NCBI GenBank assembly: GCA_013239625.1 | Contig: MU057340.1 | Span: 7,458,931-7,522,930 of the forward strand | DNA from: Lama guanicoe | Lineage: Eukaryota | Direction of reading: 5' to 3' | Length of the DNA stretch: 64,000 nt | Part shown: one piece after another, positions 1 to 12,015 of the stretch | Layout: the number at the start of each line of letters is the position of its first letter | Numbering within the stretch: position 1 is the first letter of the stretch | Translations under genes and position numbers: made by a program | The notes under the pieces: generated by a model | Seen by the model: only the letters and a program-made list of their open reading frames with translations | Database searches by the model: none | Told to the model about the DNA's origin: nothing

Positions 1-1254
1 AGCATGGAAGCCCAAAGGGATGTAGTGTGTGGTACAGGTGAGCCAGCCTCCTCCTCTTGTTAGACATAAGTGAAACAGAGCATATACATAGTCGGTGATG
101 TAGACGTGCCCACTCTGAAGGATCTAAACTACACTGTCAAAGAGGACTCCTTCCAGGGAATAAAGGTGTAGAATGGGAAGGGGGGAGACATCAGCTGTAT
201 GTTTTGCTCCGTTAGGTGGCATTTGAATTTTTTTTAACCTTTATGTATGTAACACCTAAATAAAAATAAACAAAAGGACAAGAACACAAATCTACCTCCG
301 GATTGAGCTGGCCCAGCAGGGAGCAGGGCCACCCACCTGGACTCCATCACACCGCCTCCCATGGGAGGACGTCTCATTACGGGTGGCTGGATGGGATGCC
401 GCGGTCCCACACGCAGCTGTTAGGATGCAGAGCACTGATGACAGTACCACCGTGTCAAACTGCACGGCCTCCTTAACAAGGAGCCTAGAGATGCCTTTGC
501 TCTTAGTGTTAAGAATTTGTGATTCTTAGGGACCGATTTTTCTTCTACTGTATGGAAACTGTATATTGGATACTTTAGCACGTTCTCCTCTTTTTGCTGG
601 CTGCCAGGAAGCTTAGAGCCAAATCTGTGTTCCACCCTTAGGAAAACGAGCCTTGTGGCCGGCCCCTTACAGATGTATTTCTTATCCCAACCCTGCCTTT
701 TGTTTCCTTTTTTTTTTTCCCTTTAGCTTTGCTTTGTCTTTGCTTCACTCTTCCACTATTACTGCTCCCCAGGCATATCTGTAAATCATCTTTAATCCAT
801 CTGGAGGAGGAGGAGGCTTCAGAAAAATGACTAAGTCAGTCACAGAAACACACAGATCTGGGATCACAAACCCTCCTTCTTACAGATAAGGGAACCGAGG
901 CTTGTCCCAGGTCACACAGCTGCCCATTGGTAGGGCTGGGCAGAACTGGGGATCCCCAGTGCCCTCATGAAATCACCAAGGCTCTGGTGAGCAAGGGAAG
1001 ACCAGCCGGGGTGCCCTCCGGTGACAACTTGTGCAAGGAGTTCAGGCTACCTCCACTTGATGGGAGACAAAGTGAGGCTCTGCCTTAAGCAGAGGCAAGG
1101 GAGAGGGAAGGATTCCTCTCCCCTCAGCTACTTAACTTCCATCCAAACTCGCTACCTTTGGAAAGGGACACACCAAGCAGTCACTGGAAACTCTGATCAA
1201 GAAAAAGCACTGGAAGTAGCGTATGTAACGTTATAATAACATCAGGTGACTCTT

Positions 1255-1400
1255 ACATGCTAGCTGTGTGGCCCTGGCTTCTTTCTGTCTCAGTTTTGCA
1301 ATCTGTTAAACAGCAGTCATATCCCTTGTAATGAAAACTGAAACAAAATACGCACAGTGTCTAACACCACTTCTGGCACACAGCACGTGCTCAAGAGTTA
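1255..1400 (+). mobile_element. MIR SINE fragment
   Basis: tagctgtgtggccctgg...tctcagttttgcaatctgt...ctggcacacagcacgtgctca resembles the MIR core. Confidence 0.6.
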
Positions 1401-1450
1401 GCTCTTTTCTCCCCCTTGAGGCTCTTCCAGGGCAAACGCTGATAACTTAC

Positions 1451-1545
1451 ATTTTCTGACCTATCGTAGAGTTCTCCTGAAAGAGCAAGTCAACATCCAC
1501 GTCAAAGTTGCAAGTGGTGATGCACCAGGTCATTCCTCCTACCAC
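1451..1545 (-). CDS. CCDC93: CCDC93 coding exon 3 (95 nt; [31 protein letters not shown] + AT)
   Basis: Manual translation matches the CCDC93 N-terminal region. Acceptor ttgcag|GTG and donor AAAAT|gtaagt; in frame with exon 2. Confidence 0.97.
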
Positions 1546-1721
1546 CTGCAAGACACACACACACAAAATACCCGTTTGCTCTTCCTGGTTTGGGAAGAGG
1601 GGAAGAAGCGAAAGGCAGATAAAATATAAATAGTTTTGGCAGATTCAATGAACATACAAAATCATGTGTCTGCAGAGAGAGACAATTGTGTCCTGGCTCC
1701 GTCTACCACAGTTCACCTACA

Positions 1722-1851
1722 CAGCCCTGCTGAGCAAAACTTCCTGCAGAGATGGGAACGCTCTGTCTCTGAGTGCCCCATCCAGTACCGCTAGTCACAC
1801 GTGATTGCGGAGCACCTGGAATGTGGCCAGTGGGCTGAGAAGCTGACTTTC
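1722..1851. mobile_element. MER3-like hAT-Charlie MITE fragment
   Basis: aacttcctgcagagatgggaacgctctgt...agtcacacgtg...agcacctggaatgtggccagtg resembles MER3. Confidence 0.6.
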
Positions 1852-2439
1852 ATGACAAAATGGACATACGATGCATGGATCCTCCTGATACCAATGGGGA
1901 CAGACATTAATTCTCAGCTGAGACAAGTCTGAATCCAGTTACAGGCAAGTGCCAGATTCCAGAGGAATTCTGTGTTTTATGGACCGGATATGTGAGTGGC
2001 AAGGGTGACATTTTGTGGCTCGTTACTTAATTCCCATACATCTCACTTTTTTCCCTCTACCTAAAGGAGATGAGAATCCCTGCTCTAGTTTGTCACAGGA
2101 TCTCCCTGAGATGCCAACGAGGCTAAGGCTAAAAATCCATGTTGAAACAAAACCTTTTCAGGTACAGCTTGATATTAGACAACAACAGTGAATCTTATCC
2201 CTGGCTATACTGCAGACTTAGGTGAGATGCCTCATAAAATACAGATTCCAGTCCCCGGTCCAGACCTAACTAACCAGAATTCCAGTGGGAGAGGCCTAGA
2301 CATATGTATTACAAAATCTGGGACGCACAGCCGGGGCTGTGGCCCACTGGAGGACTCAACGCTTTCCTCCACCAGGAAGCTTTCCAGGCCTGCCCTGCCC
2401 GATCTGGACAGTTCACTAATGTGTATGGTCGCCGTGGCA

Positions 2440-2610
2440 CTTAGCGAATTGTGCCATTTATTCTACATGGGCTGGCTTACTTGTCTCTCTTCCCTACTCT
2501 TTAGAAGCTAGGCTCTTTGAGTACAAGGCCTTTGTTCTTACCTCTGTGCCCCTGACACCTACTACTCTGCCTTGTGCATAACAGTCGTTCAAGGTTCTGC
2601 TGAAATAAAG
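2440..2610 (+). mobile_element. L2 3' end fragment
   Basis: ttgtctctct...gctctttgagtacaaggcctttgt...tctgtgcccctgacacctac...gctgaaataaa resembles the L2 tail. Confidence 0.55.
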
Positions 2611-3033
2611 GACTTCATCCCATGGTGACTTCTCCCTCCTCCAAACTCAGCATTTACCATCCATCCAGAGAAGCTCTGGCAGCCGTCTGTGAGCACCCTG
2701 ACTTGGGACAGCTCCTTATTAACTCGGATTATTTTATCTGACATAAGCTTTATCTCCCGACCTAAACTTTAAGTTCCTTGAAATAAGGAACTATTTATTT
2801 TGCTTATATGTATTTCCCAGAGCATCGGGCACAGAGAAGGGACCTCAGGGTGCATCTACTGATACATGATTATTTTAATAGGAAATTTTAATGCTTCCCT
2901 AACAAATCTGAATTAGGGAGAAATGACAACATGGGCATAGAGAAAGTAAAAACACAATCTCTTCTTCCTTTCCACAGTAAACCATGCCATCCTGACAAAC
3001 GACAGTCTTCTCGTTAGAAAGACCTCCTCTTAC

Positions 3034-3147
3034 CTTGTCAAAAGGTGACAAGCCTTTAATTCTTGCCCTGAAATACCCAGCTGCAACCAAAAGCTCCAGA
3101 ATTTCAGCCAACTTGACATTTTGTTCTTCATCTTCTCTTGTTTCCAC
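3034..3147 (-). CDS. CCDC93: CCDC93 coding exon 2 (114 nt; [38 protein letters not shown])
   Basis: ORF 2899..3147 contains the recognisable CCDC93 peptide. Acceptor ttttag|GTG and donor AAG|gtaaga. Confidence 0.97.
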
Positions 3148-6100
3148 CTAAAACAAAAGGTAACAGTTAGGCTGGTAAAAGCTACCCTGAATAAAGGAAC
3201 ACCAGGTGTATTCTCTGATGCCACAACCTCACTGCCAAGGAGCAGGTGACACTGGTTGCATCACTGCGTTCACACAGGGGCCTGGGGACACAGTGCTGTG
3301 GGAGTCGCATGGAACAGGGTCCCTGGGCCTCAACAAGCTGTTACTCGTTAGAGGTGGGGGCAGAAGACACGTACAGGTAGTCTGGGCTGTCCATCTGGTG
3401 CTGAAGGAGGAGGAGTCCTGGGAAAGGATGATTACAGAACATTACCTCCCAGTTCTCAAACACACAGCTTACAGGACAGGCTTCCTGACTCGATTATAAA
3501 CTTTCAGATGGAACAGCTGGTTTATTTTCTTCTTTTTTAATATTCATCTTAGTCCTAGAAGTTACTGACAAGAGGGGCAAGCGTAAAGAATTCAAACATG
3601 GGTCCCTCTGCACTTTTTGCTCAGAAGCAAATATAAGGAAGGCTTTCAACCCAGATATATTACAGGGCAATTACTGCCATGTAACAGAATTGCCTTAAAA
3701 ATAACAAATTCACTCAATATATTCAAATAGGGATTTGATTTAAACATTTTAATTTATATCCTAACTTCACTCCCCGGTTTTATTGATACTTTCATCTAAA
3801 TATCCCAGTACTTTTGCCTCCATTTACTTTCCTAAATTGTGCCTTTCTCTCTCCCATTATTACAGAAAATCAAAAACCTCCTTTCTGCCTAAAACACCAC
3901 CAAGGTATCCTGGTTCAAATCCTTGTGCCCACCTCTAACTACTCCCTGATCCAATGACGCCTGCTGAATCTTCCTTAACTACAGATCTCACGCTTCCCCT
4001 CCCTTCCCTTCTCTTTACATGTCATGCCAGGACTACTGCAATTGCCTCTTGTTTTGTCTTCCAGGTTTGTCTTGTTCATTCTCTCCTAAATCACAGCCTT
4101 CTCATCGTCCCTCTACAGCTCTGCACCCAGCCCCCCCTCATTAAGGCATCATACAATGTCTACCAGATAAATTCCAAATGTCTTAGTTTGGTATTTGGTG
4201 CTTTGGCCGAAACCTATCTTTTCAGCTGCATCCTTTACCTGCCCCCAAAATGATCCACACACAGTGGTGGCCAATTTAGACAAACACTGCTCATTCCCAC
4301 TTCTATACAGCTCTCCTGGTGTTCTCTAAGTGCCCAGAAACCATCTTCACGTTCGAGTACCAATTCAAGGTCAACCCTGCAGCTTCACATGGTCACTCCT
4401 CCGCATTTCTAGTTTCTTTATCGTCCGGGTCATTCATACAATTAAATCTCACCCTCTTATGAGTGACATGGTCTGGTGTTAACCTACGTGCCTGTCTTTC
4501 CAAATGGACTATTAGCTGGTTCATACAGTCCATATATTATCCACCCACGTTTACTCCTTTCATCTGAAACAGCATTAGGCTCCAAGGACACTCTTATTCA
4601 ACATGGAATAACATGCTCAATTATTACCTAAAGTGCATGACCTAAGCCAGTCAGGTGTTAACAAAATGTTCTCATAGTCATGACACTGATAATGGAGATT
4701 CAAGTTTATTTTAAAGCACAAACTGCCAGGAGATGGAGTATACCTGTCAACACGCAGTAGAACATGGAATTATTAAAGTGACTGTTAACTCTTTTCAATG
4801 GTGGTGTGGTGGTGGCAGTGAAGGGGACAGCCTTGTGACACTGCTCATTTCACTTCCCTCTCAAATGACTCTAGTATGACCTATCAAAGATTCTGAAGGT
4901 TAGCATTCACTAGTTCCCAGGAGACATGCAAAAATAAATATTAATTTTCACACCTTCTCTTCCTTGGCAAAAGACCTGCAGTGGTTGAAAAACATCTATA
5001 AGTAGTCTCTAGAAAGACACTCAAAGAAAAGAGAAAATAAAGAACAGTTACAGTTCACAAAAATGGAATAGAAGAGGAGAGTGGGACAACATAAGTATTT
5101 CCTTAAAACACCTGGGAGGTAAAACAGGACCCCTTCACTTATTGTTGTTAAATCATTTATCATGAAAACAGTTCCAAGAAGAGGACAAGATCATCCAGGA
5201 GGACCATCCCTGCCTCACCTTGTACCTAATGGGCACCTATGGACCACACCATGGCAGATGCAGGACCCAGGCTTCCCACCCGCTCACCCCCAGAATGGAG
5301 AAGTGTACTTTTGCAATTCACTTTGTGAAATAACTTTGGCGCAAGACACTGAATGGAGAATGTTAACACGACTCCAACTTTGCTTCACAGATTAAAACTA
5401 AAAATGTGGAAGGGTCATTGGCTAATACACAGGGAATGGAAGAATATCCTCTTTTGAAGCTAGAAAAAGTCACCAGTCTGGGTAATACAGGCAACTGTTA
5501 AAACTAAAATTCTCATACAGATGAATGACTGTGAGCTCTTACATCAGGCACATTAAATTGTCAATTGTCTTGTACTGCAGTTCATGTAGGCTGGAAGGCA
5601 GGGCCAGGTCTAGCTACCTTTCTATCCTTCACAAATCTAAAGGGTTTAAAAATTGAATTTAATGAATTAACCGGACTAGTGACAGCTTAATTACATAGAC
5701 CATCCATATTCATATGAACTGGTCTTTGAACGAAAAGATAATAACTGGATTATATTCACCTTGTCTACCTCCTAATTGCCAGGAACTTAGAAAAGTGACA
5801 AATCAGACCCAGTCTCCTGACAGTGAAGGGTTAAACAAAGGACAAACAAGAGCAAATTGCTTTTTATTTTAGAAAGTACTGTGGGACAACGAATCGAAGA
5901 GATTTAAGGTAGAATCTGGGAGGCCAGACAGGAGTCCACAGCAAAAGGCCAGGCAAAAACCTGATGAGAGCTTAGAATAAAGAAGGCAAAAAAGAAATAA
6001 CACATCAAATCACAGTACAGATTCTAGTCTTCACAGTTCCTGGTCCCATCAAAGCAACCTGAATGTCAGGTTTCACCTAACATAAGGGTTCTGACATTAC

Positions 6101-6619
6101 ACTAGCTAGGTTTTCTTAAGATAATAAAATAGATTTGCATTCTGGGAGTACACACTGACAGACTTTCTATCCTCCCATCACTATAGCCCCAGCTTTTATG
6201 CACATAACAGTGATCCCTCAATGAGTGGGTACTTGCGGGATTTAAGAACTGAGGATCTGGGGAGGGGGGCAAAGAAGCAAGATTGGCCACAAGCAGCTAA
6301 GTGTGAAGGAACCATGCACCATGTCCAGGAATCAGTCCCTCTGCCAAACGTGTGCTTCAGAACCTTCGGAGGGGGACAGAGGTCCAGCATGGATTCCATT
6401 TCTTTCAAGAATCTAGTAAGATAAACTAGCTTTGGAGTAAATCAACTGGAAGAGTAGATAGATACAAAGTACCTATCTAAGTGATACTTGAAGCCAAAAG
6501 GAAATGCACTTTCCCCTTCCAGCCAATTTGCAAATTCAGAAACCACTGATCATCCGGTAGCCTAGGATCGAGTGAGGACTTAATAGCAAACACCTCTGAA
6601 AGGAAGGCACCGCTACCTT

Positions 6620-7900
6620 CTGGAGAAACAGTAACATTTCCGCCTGGCCACCCCGCGCCGCCGGAGAGAGCGGCGCGCTGATCCGGCCCGACACGACCCG
6701 GGGCGCGCACGGCTCCCAAACTTCCTCCCGCCGGCCCGGCCAAGCGCCGGGGTATACGCAGGGCGGCATTCCCTCCACGGCGGCGGGTGCTGGCCACCAG
6801 GACCCCGCGGGCCCCGAGAGGCCGCGGCAGGCGCCGCAAGGTCACCGCCCTTCGCACAACCCGAGCCCGGACCATCTCACAGCGCGTGTCTCGTGACCAC
6901 TGGGGGCAGCAGCCTGGGTCCTCGGGGCGAGGCGTGCGGCGCCGGGGACCGGGGAGACTGCCGGGGAGAGCCGGAGAGGTGGGACCCCGGGCCCCGCGGC
7001 TGAGACGGGGCAGGTACTGGGCTGGGAAGGCTCCCTCCGTCCCGGGAGGCTGGCACCGGCTGAAGTTCGTCCCCGTCCACGCCCACGCGGCGGGGAGGGG
7101 GGCTGCTGGGCCCCCAGCGACTGGGCGGTGGACACACTTGAGGAAGGGAGCGGGGCGCCCTAAACGCAGCCGGATCCCCGCGCGCCCGCGGCCCCGCAGG
7201 CTCGGCCCTCCTTCAGGAACCCCGACGTGTCAGGGAGTGGGGGCGGGGGGAGTCCTTACCTCCGGGAGACCCTGGCCCTCCGGCCCCTTGGGCAACCCCA
7301 TGGTCCCGTCCGACCGCCGCGCGGCGGCAGCGAAGCCCCCGGAGCGTCCAGAGGAAGCTGTCCCCGGCCCCGAAGCTGCTACCGGGGTGGAGTGCAAAGC
7401 GGGAACTTCCTCGGCCGCGGCCGCCGCCGCCGCCACCACCGCGGCCCCGGAGCGCAGCGGCTCACGGAGCATGCGCACTGCGGCGGAAGCGCGGCGCGAC
7501 TACGCCTGCGCGAGGGCAGCCCGGGAGAGGCCCGGACCCTCGGCGGCTGAGGAGCTGCAGCGCAGCCTGCCTGCCCGGGCCGACGTTCCCCCGTAGCTTC
7601 GCGCCGGGGATCTGCATTTCCCTCCAAGGGGCTTTATAAAAGGGACTGTTCTTGTATTTTGGGGAAATATTGCACCCTGGCTCCCGTCTCTGCTTCTCAC
7701 GGGCATCGGATGCCCCAAGTGGGTCCGGTCCTCTCTGCGAGCCGGACTTCGGAAGTCCCCTTGCTCCAGGGTCAAAGTCAGAGCGCTGATGAGCTTGGCG
7801 ATTCAGACTCTGGCCCTGTTCTGGCTCAGAATCGCGATGTCCCCTGATTAACGCGCACTTAGGCAGACTTCTCGATGTACGGACCGGGGAACCAAGTCCC
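6620..7900. promoter_or_regulatory. CpG island / CCDC93 promoter
   Basis: Very GC- and CpG-rich stretch spanning exon 1. NRF1-like GCATGCGCA at 7469-7477, ETS CGGAAG at 7484-7489, and inverted ETS-like ggacttc-g-gaagtcc at 7744-7758. Confidence 0.92.
7260..7301 (-). CDS. CCDC93: CCDC93 coding part of exon 1 (MGLPKGPEGQGLPE); coiled-coil domain-containing 93, CCC/Commander complex subunit
   Basis: ATG in strong Kozak context (accATGG) at 7301, 14 codons, donor GAG|gtaagg; joins exon 2 in frame. Confidence 0.96.
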
Positions 7901-8280
7901 CCCAAGAGGATTCTTCACCCTCGCTGCCTCCCTGGTGCCCGAGAGTCACCGTGTCCCCTGGGAAACGTGATTTGTGATAATGTCCTCCCACCCCCACCCC
8001 ATCATCCTCAGTGTCTGGGTCTTCCTGAGGGGAAGGCCATCTCTGAGAATGTGACTCCGGTATTTATTTTAGCTGCATCATTTAGTGAAGCACCCCTGGC
8101 CTGTCCCAGAGGATGGCAGCTGTATAGGAATTGTGTCTCTGGCCACAAGCCCCTCGCACCCGCTCCATGGCTTCTCCAGGCTTTTTTTTTTTTTTTTTAA
8201 CGATGAAGAAAGAGGTGACTTGAAAACTTTTCTGTTGAGAAGATCCTCTCTGTGCGTAGGGTGGGAGGGGGTGTGTGTGA

Positions 8281-8338
8281 GGCTATGAAGCTCTTTGAGA
8301 TCAAGGGGGCTATGAAGCTCTTTGAGATCAAGGGGGCT
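8281..8338. repeat. 27-bp perfect tandem duplication (ggctatgaagctctttgagatcaaggg x2)
   Basis: Two identical units at 8281-8307 and 8308-8334, plus a ggct remnant. Confidence 0.95.
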
Positions 8339-9942
8339 GTGTGTGTGTGTGCGCAAGCGTGTGTTCGTGTGTTCCTCTCTGCATCGTAAGAAATAGGTAC
8401 TCAGTCAATGTTTATCCTTGAAGAAATTCTTCGTGCCTTTTGTACTCTTCCTGGAGTTTATCCTGACAGAACAGAGGTTTTTCTGGAATGAGAGTACACA
8501 AGTGGTTCAAAGAGTTCTAAGAATGACCATGTCCTTTTAAAATGTAGTTAGTAAATATTTCTAATAAAACTGTGTGCCACGCCCCTAAAACTCCAATAAT
8601 TTTAGAAATTTGAATATTCAAACTGAGCTGTTAAATGAGAACTCCCTTGCTTACCTCTGGTGGCATGTGCTCTCACCCACTGTGAAACCAATGAAATGCA
8701 ATTTCTAAGTTGTCCACTCTCATAACTCCCCACACGCATTATTTTTGCAATCTTAAAACTGTCCTTCCCTGAGATGATATGGGATGAAGGGGAATAAAGG
8801 GGGGATAATTTGTAAGCAGTGTTGGATGACCAGGCAGGTGTTGATGCCTAAGGGACAAACAGCACAATTTTGCGTAGCTGTGACCTAAATAGCTGTATTT
8901 AAAGCAGCCTGGGGAATAAGGCCTGGAGAGTAATAGGACTCAGGTAGGCCACATGGGAGTTCCCTGCTGTAAATGTCTTTGCAGTGTTTTAAATAAATAT
9001 GAGCAGCTATCTTTCCCAGGAAGAGACTGTCCTAGTTTACTGTCTCTGTCAGGTGACAGTAGCAGAGTTGGGTTGGCAGTGTGTTTTTTTTTCTTTCCTC
9101 TCTTTTCTTTCTTTTCTTTTTTTTTTTTTCAAGAAACTAGCAAAACAGCTGTGACAGCAGTCAAGAAAACTTGAATAGCCCACATTTGAGAGAAGGACCC
9201 CTGCTCGGCCATGGAGAACACCTCAAACACACAATGTCAGAAAAGGTTTGTAGGACTCCAATAAAAATCTCTCTCCCCTTCCCTGGCTCAGGATACCCAT
9301 ACACACATTTTGTCTCCCTAGTGGGATATTTGGGGATTAGGGATCACTCTGTCCCTCCTCTGCACACAGAGGTGTGTGATGTTTGTCTCAGTGCAAGATT
9401 TCAGGAACCTCACAAATACTTTCCTTTTCCCAGTAGAAGGCGCCAAAGTGAAGAGCTTCCTGTAAGGGTCACCTTTATCCTGGGTGATGTTTTTATGATG
9501 CCTCGATCATCCTGTCCTCGTGCTTCTCCTCGCCCTTCCACTCCGGGGCTCTTGCCATAACCAAGAGGGGAATCCTGAAGTCTTGAAGCAGAAAGGGACC
9601 TTAGAAGGAAACTATGGGTGTTTAGGAAAGTAGAGTGACAATTCAAGTCACTTAGCATGTTAGTGGCAATGCTGGGACTAGAGCCTCACATTTCTGATTC
9701 ACATGTCCTTTTATTCATCCATCAACCAGCCATCCATCCAACAAATATTCCTGAGCTCTTTTATGTCAGTGGCTGTGAAACTTGGCTGCACGTTGGAATC
9801 ACCGAGGGAGTTTTAAAAGGTACCAATGCCTTGGGTTCCACCTCCAGAGATTCTGATTTAATTGAGCTGGGGGTAAAACATGAATATTGAATTTTTCTCT
9901 TGGAATATATTTTTTCTATATAAAGTGATACAGGTATATGCA

Positions 9943-10073
9943 GGGGGAAGGATATAGCTCAAGTGGTAGAGTGCATGCTTAGCATGCACAAGTTCCTAGG
10001 TTCAATCCCCAGTACCTCCATTGAAAATAATTAAATAAATAAACCTAATTACCTACCCCCTCTGAAAAAAAAA
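9943..10073 (+). mobile_element. Vic-1-type (tRNA-Ala-derived) camelid SINE
   Basis: A box tagctcaagtggtagag, B box ggttcaatccc, aaacctaattacc tail, poly-A; 13-bp TSD gatacaggtatat at 9927-9939 and 10074-10086. Confidence 0.9.
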
Positions 10074-10365
10074 GATACAGGTATATATACTTGGGCAACA
10101 CAGTAATGACTACAGTGACTCCATTATTATGTTTCTTTATAGATTGCAGTGACACACAAAATTTAAGGTCCATAGACAAACTAAGAGTCTTTAGCTTAAA
10201 TGAATTCTTCCTGAAAATTCTTAATTGTACACTGATCTGTTCTCAGGCAGTGAAGTTTTACAAGACACCATCTTATATTCAGCATGTCACATTCCTGTAG
10301 TGAAAAATAGAGGCACAGATGGTACAAGTAAATCTAATCCCCCCTCTGCTTCTGGACACAACTCA

Positions 10366-10402
10366 ACACACACACACACACACACACACACGGACACACA
10401 CA
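10366..10402. repeat. (CA)n microsatellite
   Basis: Direct inspection. Confidence 0.95.
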
Positions 10403-11147
10403 CTTGGATGAGTTCTTCCAGTACATTTTTTCCAAACAGATGATAGTTTTATTAAAGAATTCCAACAGTTTCCATAATTGTCACAACCACATGCTGTTAG
10501 CTATGCTAGACAAGACTTGACAAGGATCCAGCTACACAGCAACAAATAAGTACTTGAGAACATCTACTCCCTTCTGGATTTCTCATGTAGAAAATACTGT
10601 CTAAGAGTTTCTTGGTAAAATGATGTAATAACTAAGCATTTCTTATTATGGAGGTCGGGTGGACTTTTTAAATATCCCAGGTGATTCCAATGAGCAGCCA
10701 GTTTGAGAACCACTCTGCACCAGAGCCTGATTCTTAGTGCTGGAGATACCGAAGTTAGTAAAATGGACAATATAATTACTGACAGAAATTGAACCGGTAA
10801 ATTAGTAAGATAGTATTGGGTAGAAGTAAGTGCTCGTCAAGAAGAAGAAACAGTACAATGTGATAGGAAATCATGTGTTGGAGTCAGAAGCTCTTTTGGA
10901 TCTGACATCGTGTACATCTTTGAGATGAAGGGGGCAGGATAGGGCTCTCAAGTGCCAGTTGAGGGGAGATCCAAATCTTAAGAAGGTGCTGTGGGAGGAT
11001 CTCAGGGAAGAGCATTCCAGGCAGGAGGAGCATCTAGGGTGGCCTGGACAGCCTCCCTGTGCCCCTCCAGGCTCACTCTTGGCTGTCTCACCTTGCTTGC
11101 TGCTGTACAGGGTTGGCTTATGAGGGCTTCATCAGCAGGGCCTGGGG

Positions 11148-11651
11148 TGTTATGATAGAAAAGAACAACTCTAACTCCATAGTAGATCTGTTCCTTTGAC
11201 TTTAACCGTGGGCTGTTTCCCGTGCTGAGTCATGTTGGTTCTGCACCTTTTGTAAAAGGATGTCACCTATAGCCTGAAATATATAGGAGAGTCCATTCTC
11301 AAGGCTCTGACCATTAAGGGTATAACACTTTCCCATTCATATAAAGATAAAAAGTTGCAGAATAGAAAATAACACTAGTCTTGCTGGAGGTTTGCAAGCT
11401 ACATGGACAGCTGCAAGAACAAAGGATTCCAACACCAAGAGGTTTGCGACAACCAACCACACCCTCTTCCCTTTTTAGTATAAAAGGACACTGAATTCTG
11501 ACTTAGGGAACATGGTTCTCAGGACGTTAGTCTGCCATCTTCTCGATCTGCCAGCTTTCCAAATAAAGTCACTATTCCTTGTCCCAGCACTTCATCTCCC
11601 AATTTATTGGCCTGTCATGTGGCCAGCAGAATGAATTTGGACTCAGTAACA
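11148..11651 (+). mobile_element. ERV1-like solo LTR (~504 bp)
   Basis: Inverted termini TGTTA...TAACA, TATAAAA near 11479, AATAAA near 11562, U5-like ending ggactcagtaaca. Confidence 0.8.
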
Positions 11652-11839
11652 GTGTGGGATCTGAAAAGTAGACTCAAAAGCAATTTGGCAAACTGTATCA
11701 AGAACTTAAAAAGCAGCCTTGAATACACTTTCACTTTTAGGGCTTATGGACAGAGCTCTTCATCCTAACATTATTTACGAGAGAAAAACCTGGAAACCAT
11801 GTAAATAGCCTATGAAAAGAGAATGAGTAGATGCTAACT

Positions 11840-12015
11840 ACTATGTATATATAAAATAGATAAACGACAAGTTTCTTCTGTAGTGCACAGGGAACTATAT
11901 TCAACATCCCCTATAATGAAAAAGAATATGAAAATGAGTATGTGTGTATATATGCATGACTGGGATGAAACTGACACGTTGTAACTGACTATACTTCAAT
12001 AATGAAAAAAAAAAG
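11840..12015 (+). mobile_element. Young L1 3' end fragment
   Basis: cacagggaactatattcaa...tgtaactgactatacttcaataa plus A tail; same tail as the 21131 L1. Confidence 0.85.

Larger units (their letters stand above)
9767..10716. mobile_element. MER5A split into two halves (9767-9900 and ~10660-10716) by a later insertion
   Basis: cagtggctgtgaaacttggctgcacgttggaatcacc...agagattctgatttaattg on the left; cccaggtgattccaatgagcagccagtttgagaaccact on the right. Confidence 0.75.

Noticed and set aside
207-225. Second CTCF-like motif ccgttaggtggcatt
   Set aside because: Weaker match, lying within old L1-like sequence; unsupported.
6477-7905. Long overlapping ORFs in the CpG island (e.g. 269 aa at 6787..7596)
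   Set aside because: Arg/Pro/Gly/Ala-rich products expected from stop-poor GC-rich DNA, with no recognisable domain.
9943-10020. tRNA-Ala(AGC)-like sequences (also at 15324, 17187, 35961, 61269)
   Set aside because: They have A-rich tails, TSDs and mismatched stems, so they are SINE heads rather than tRNA genes.
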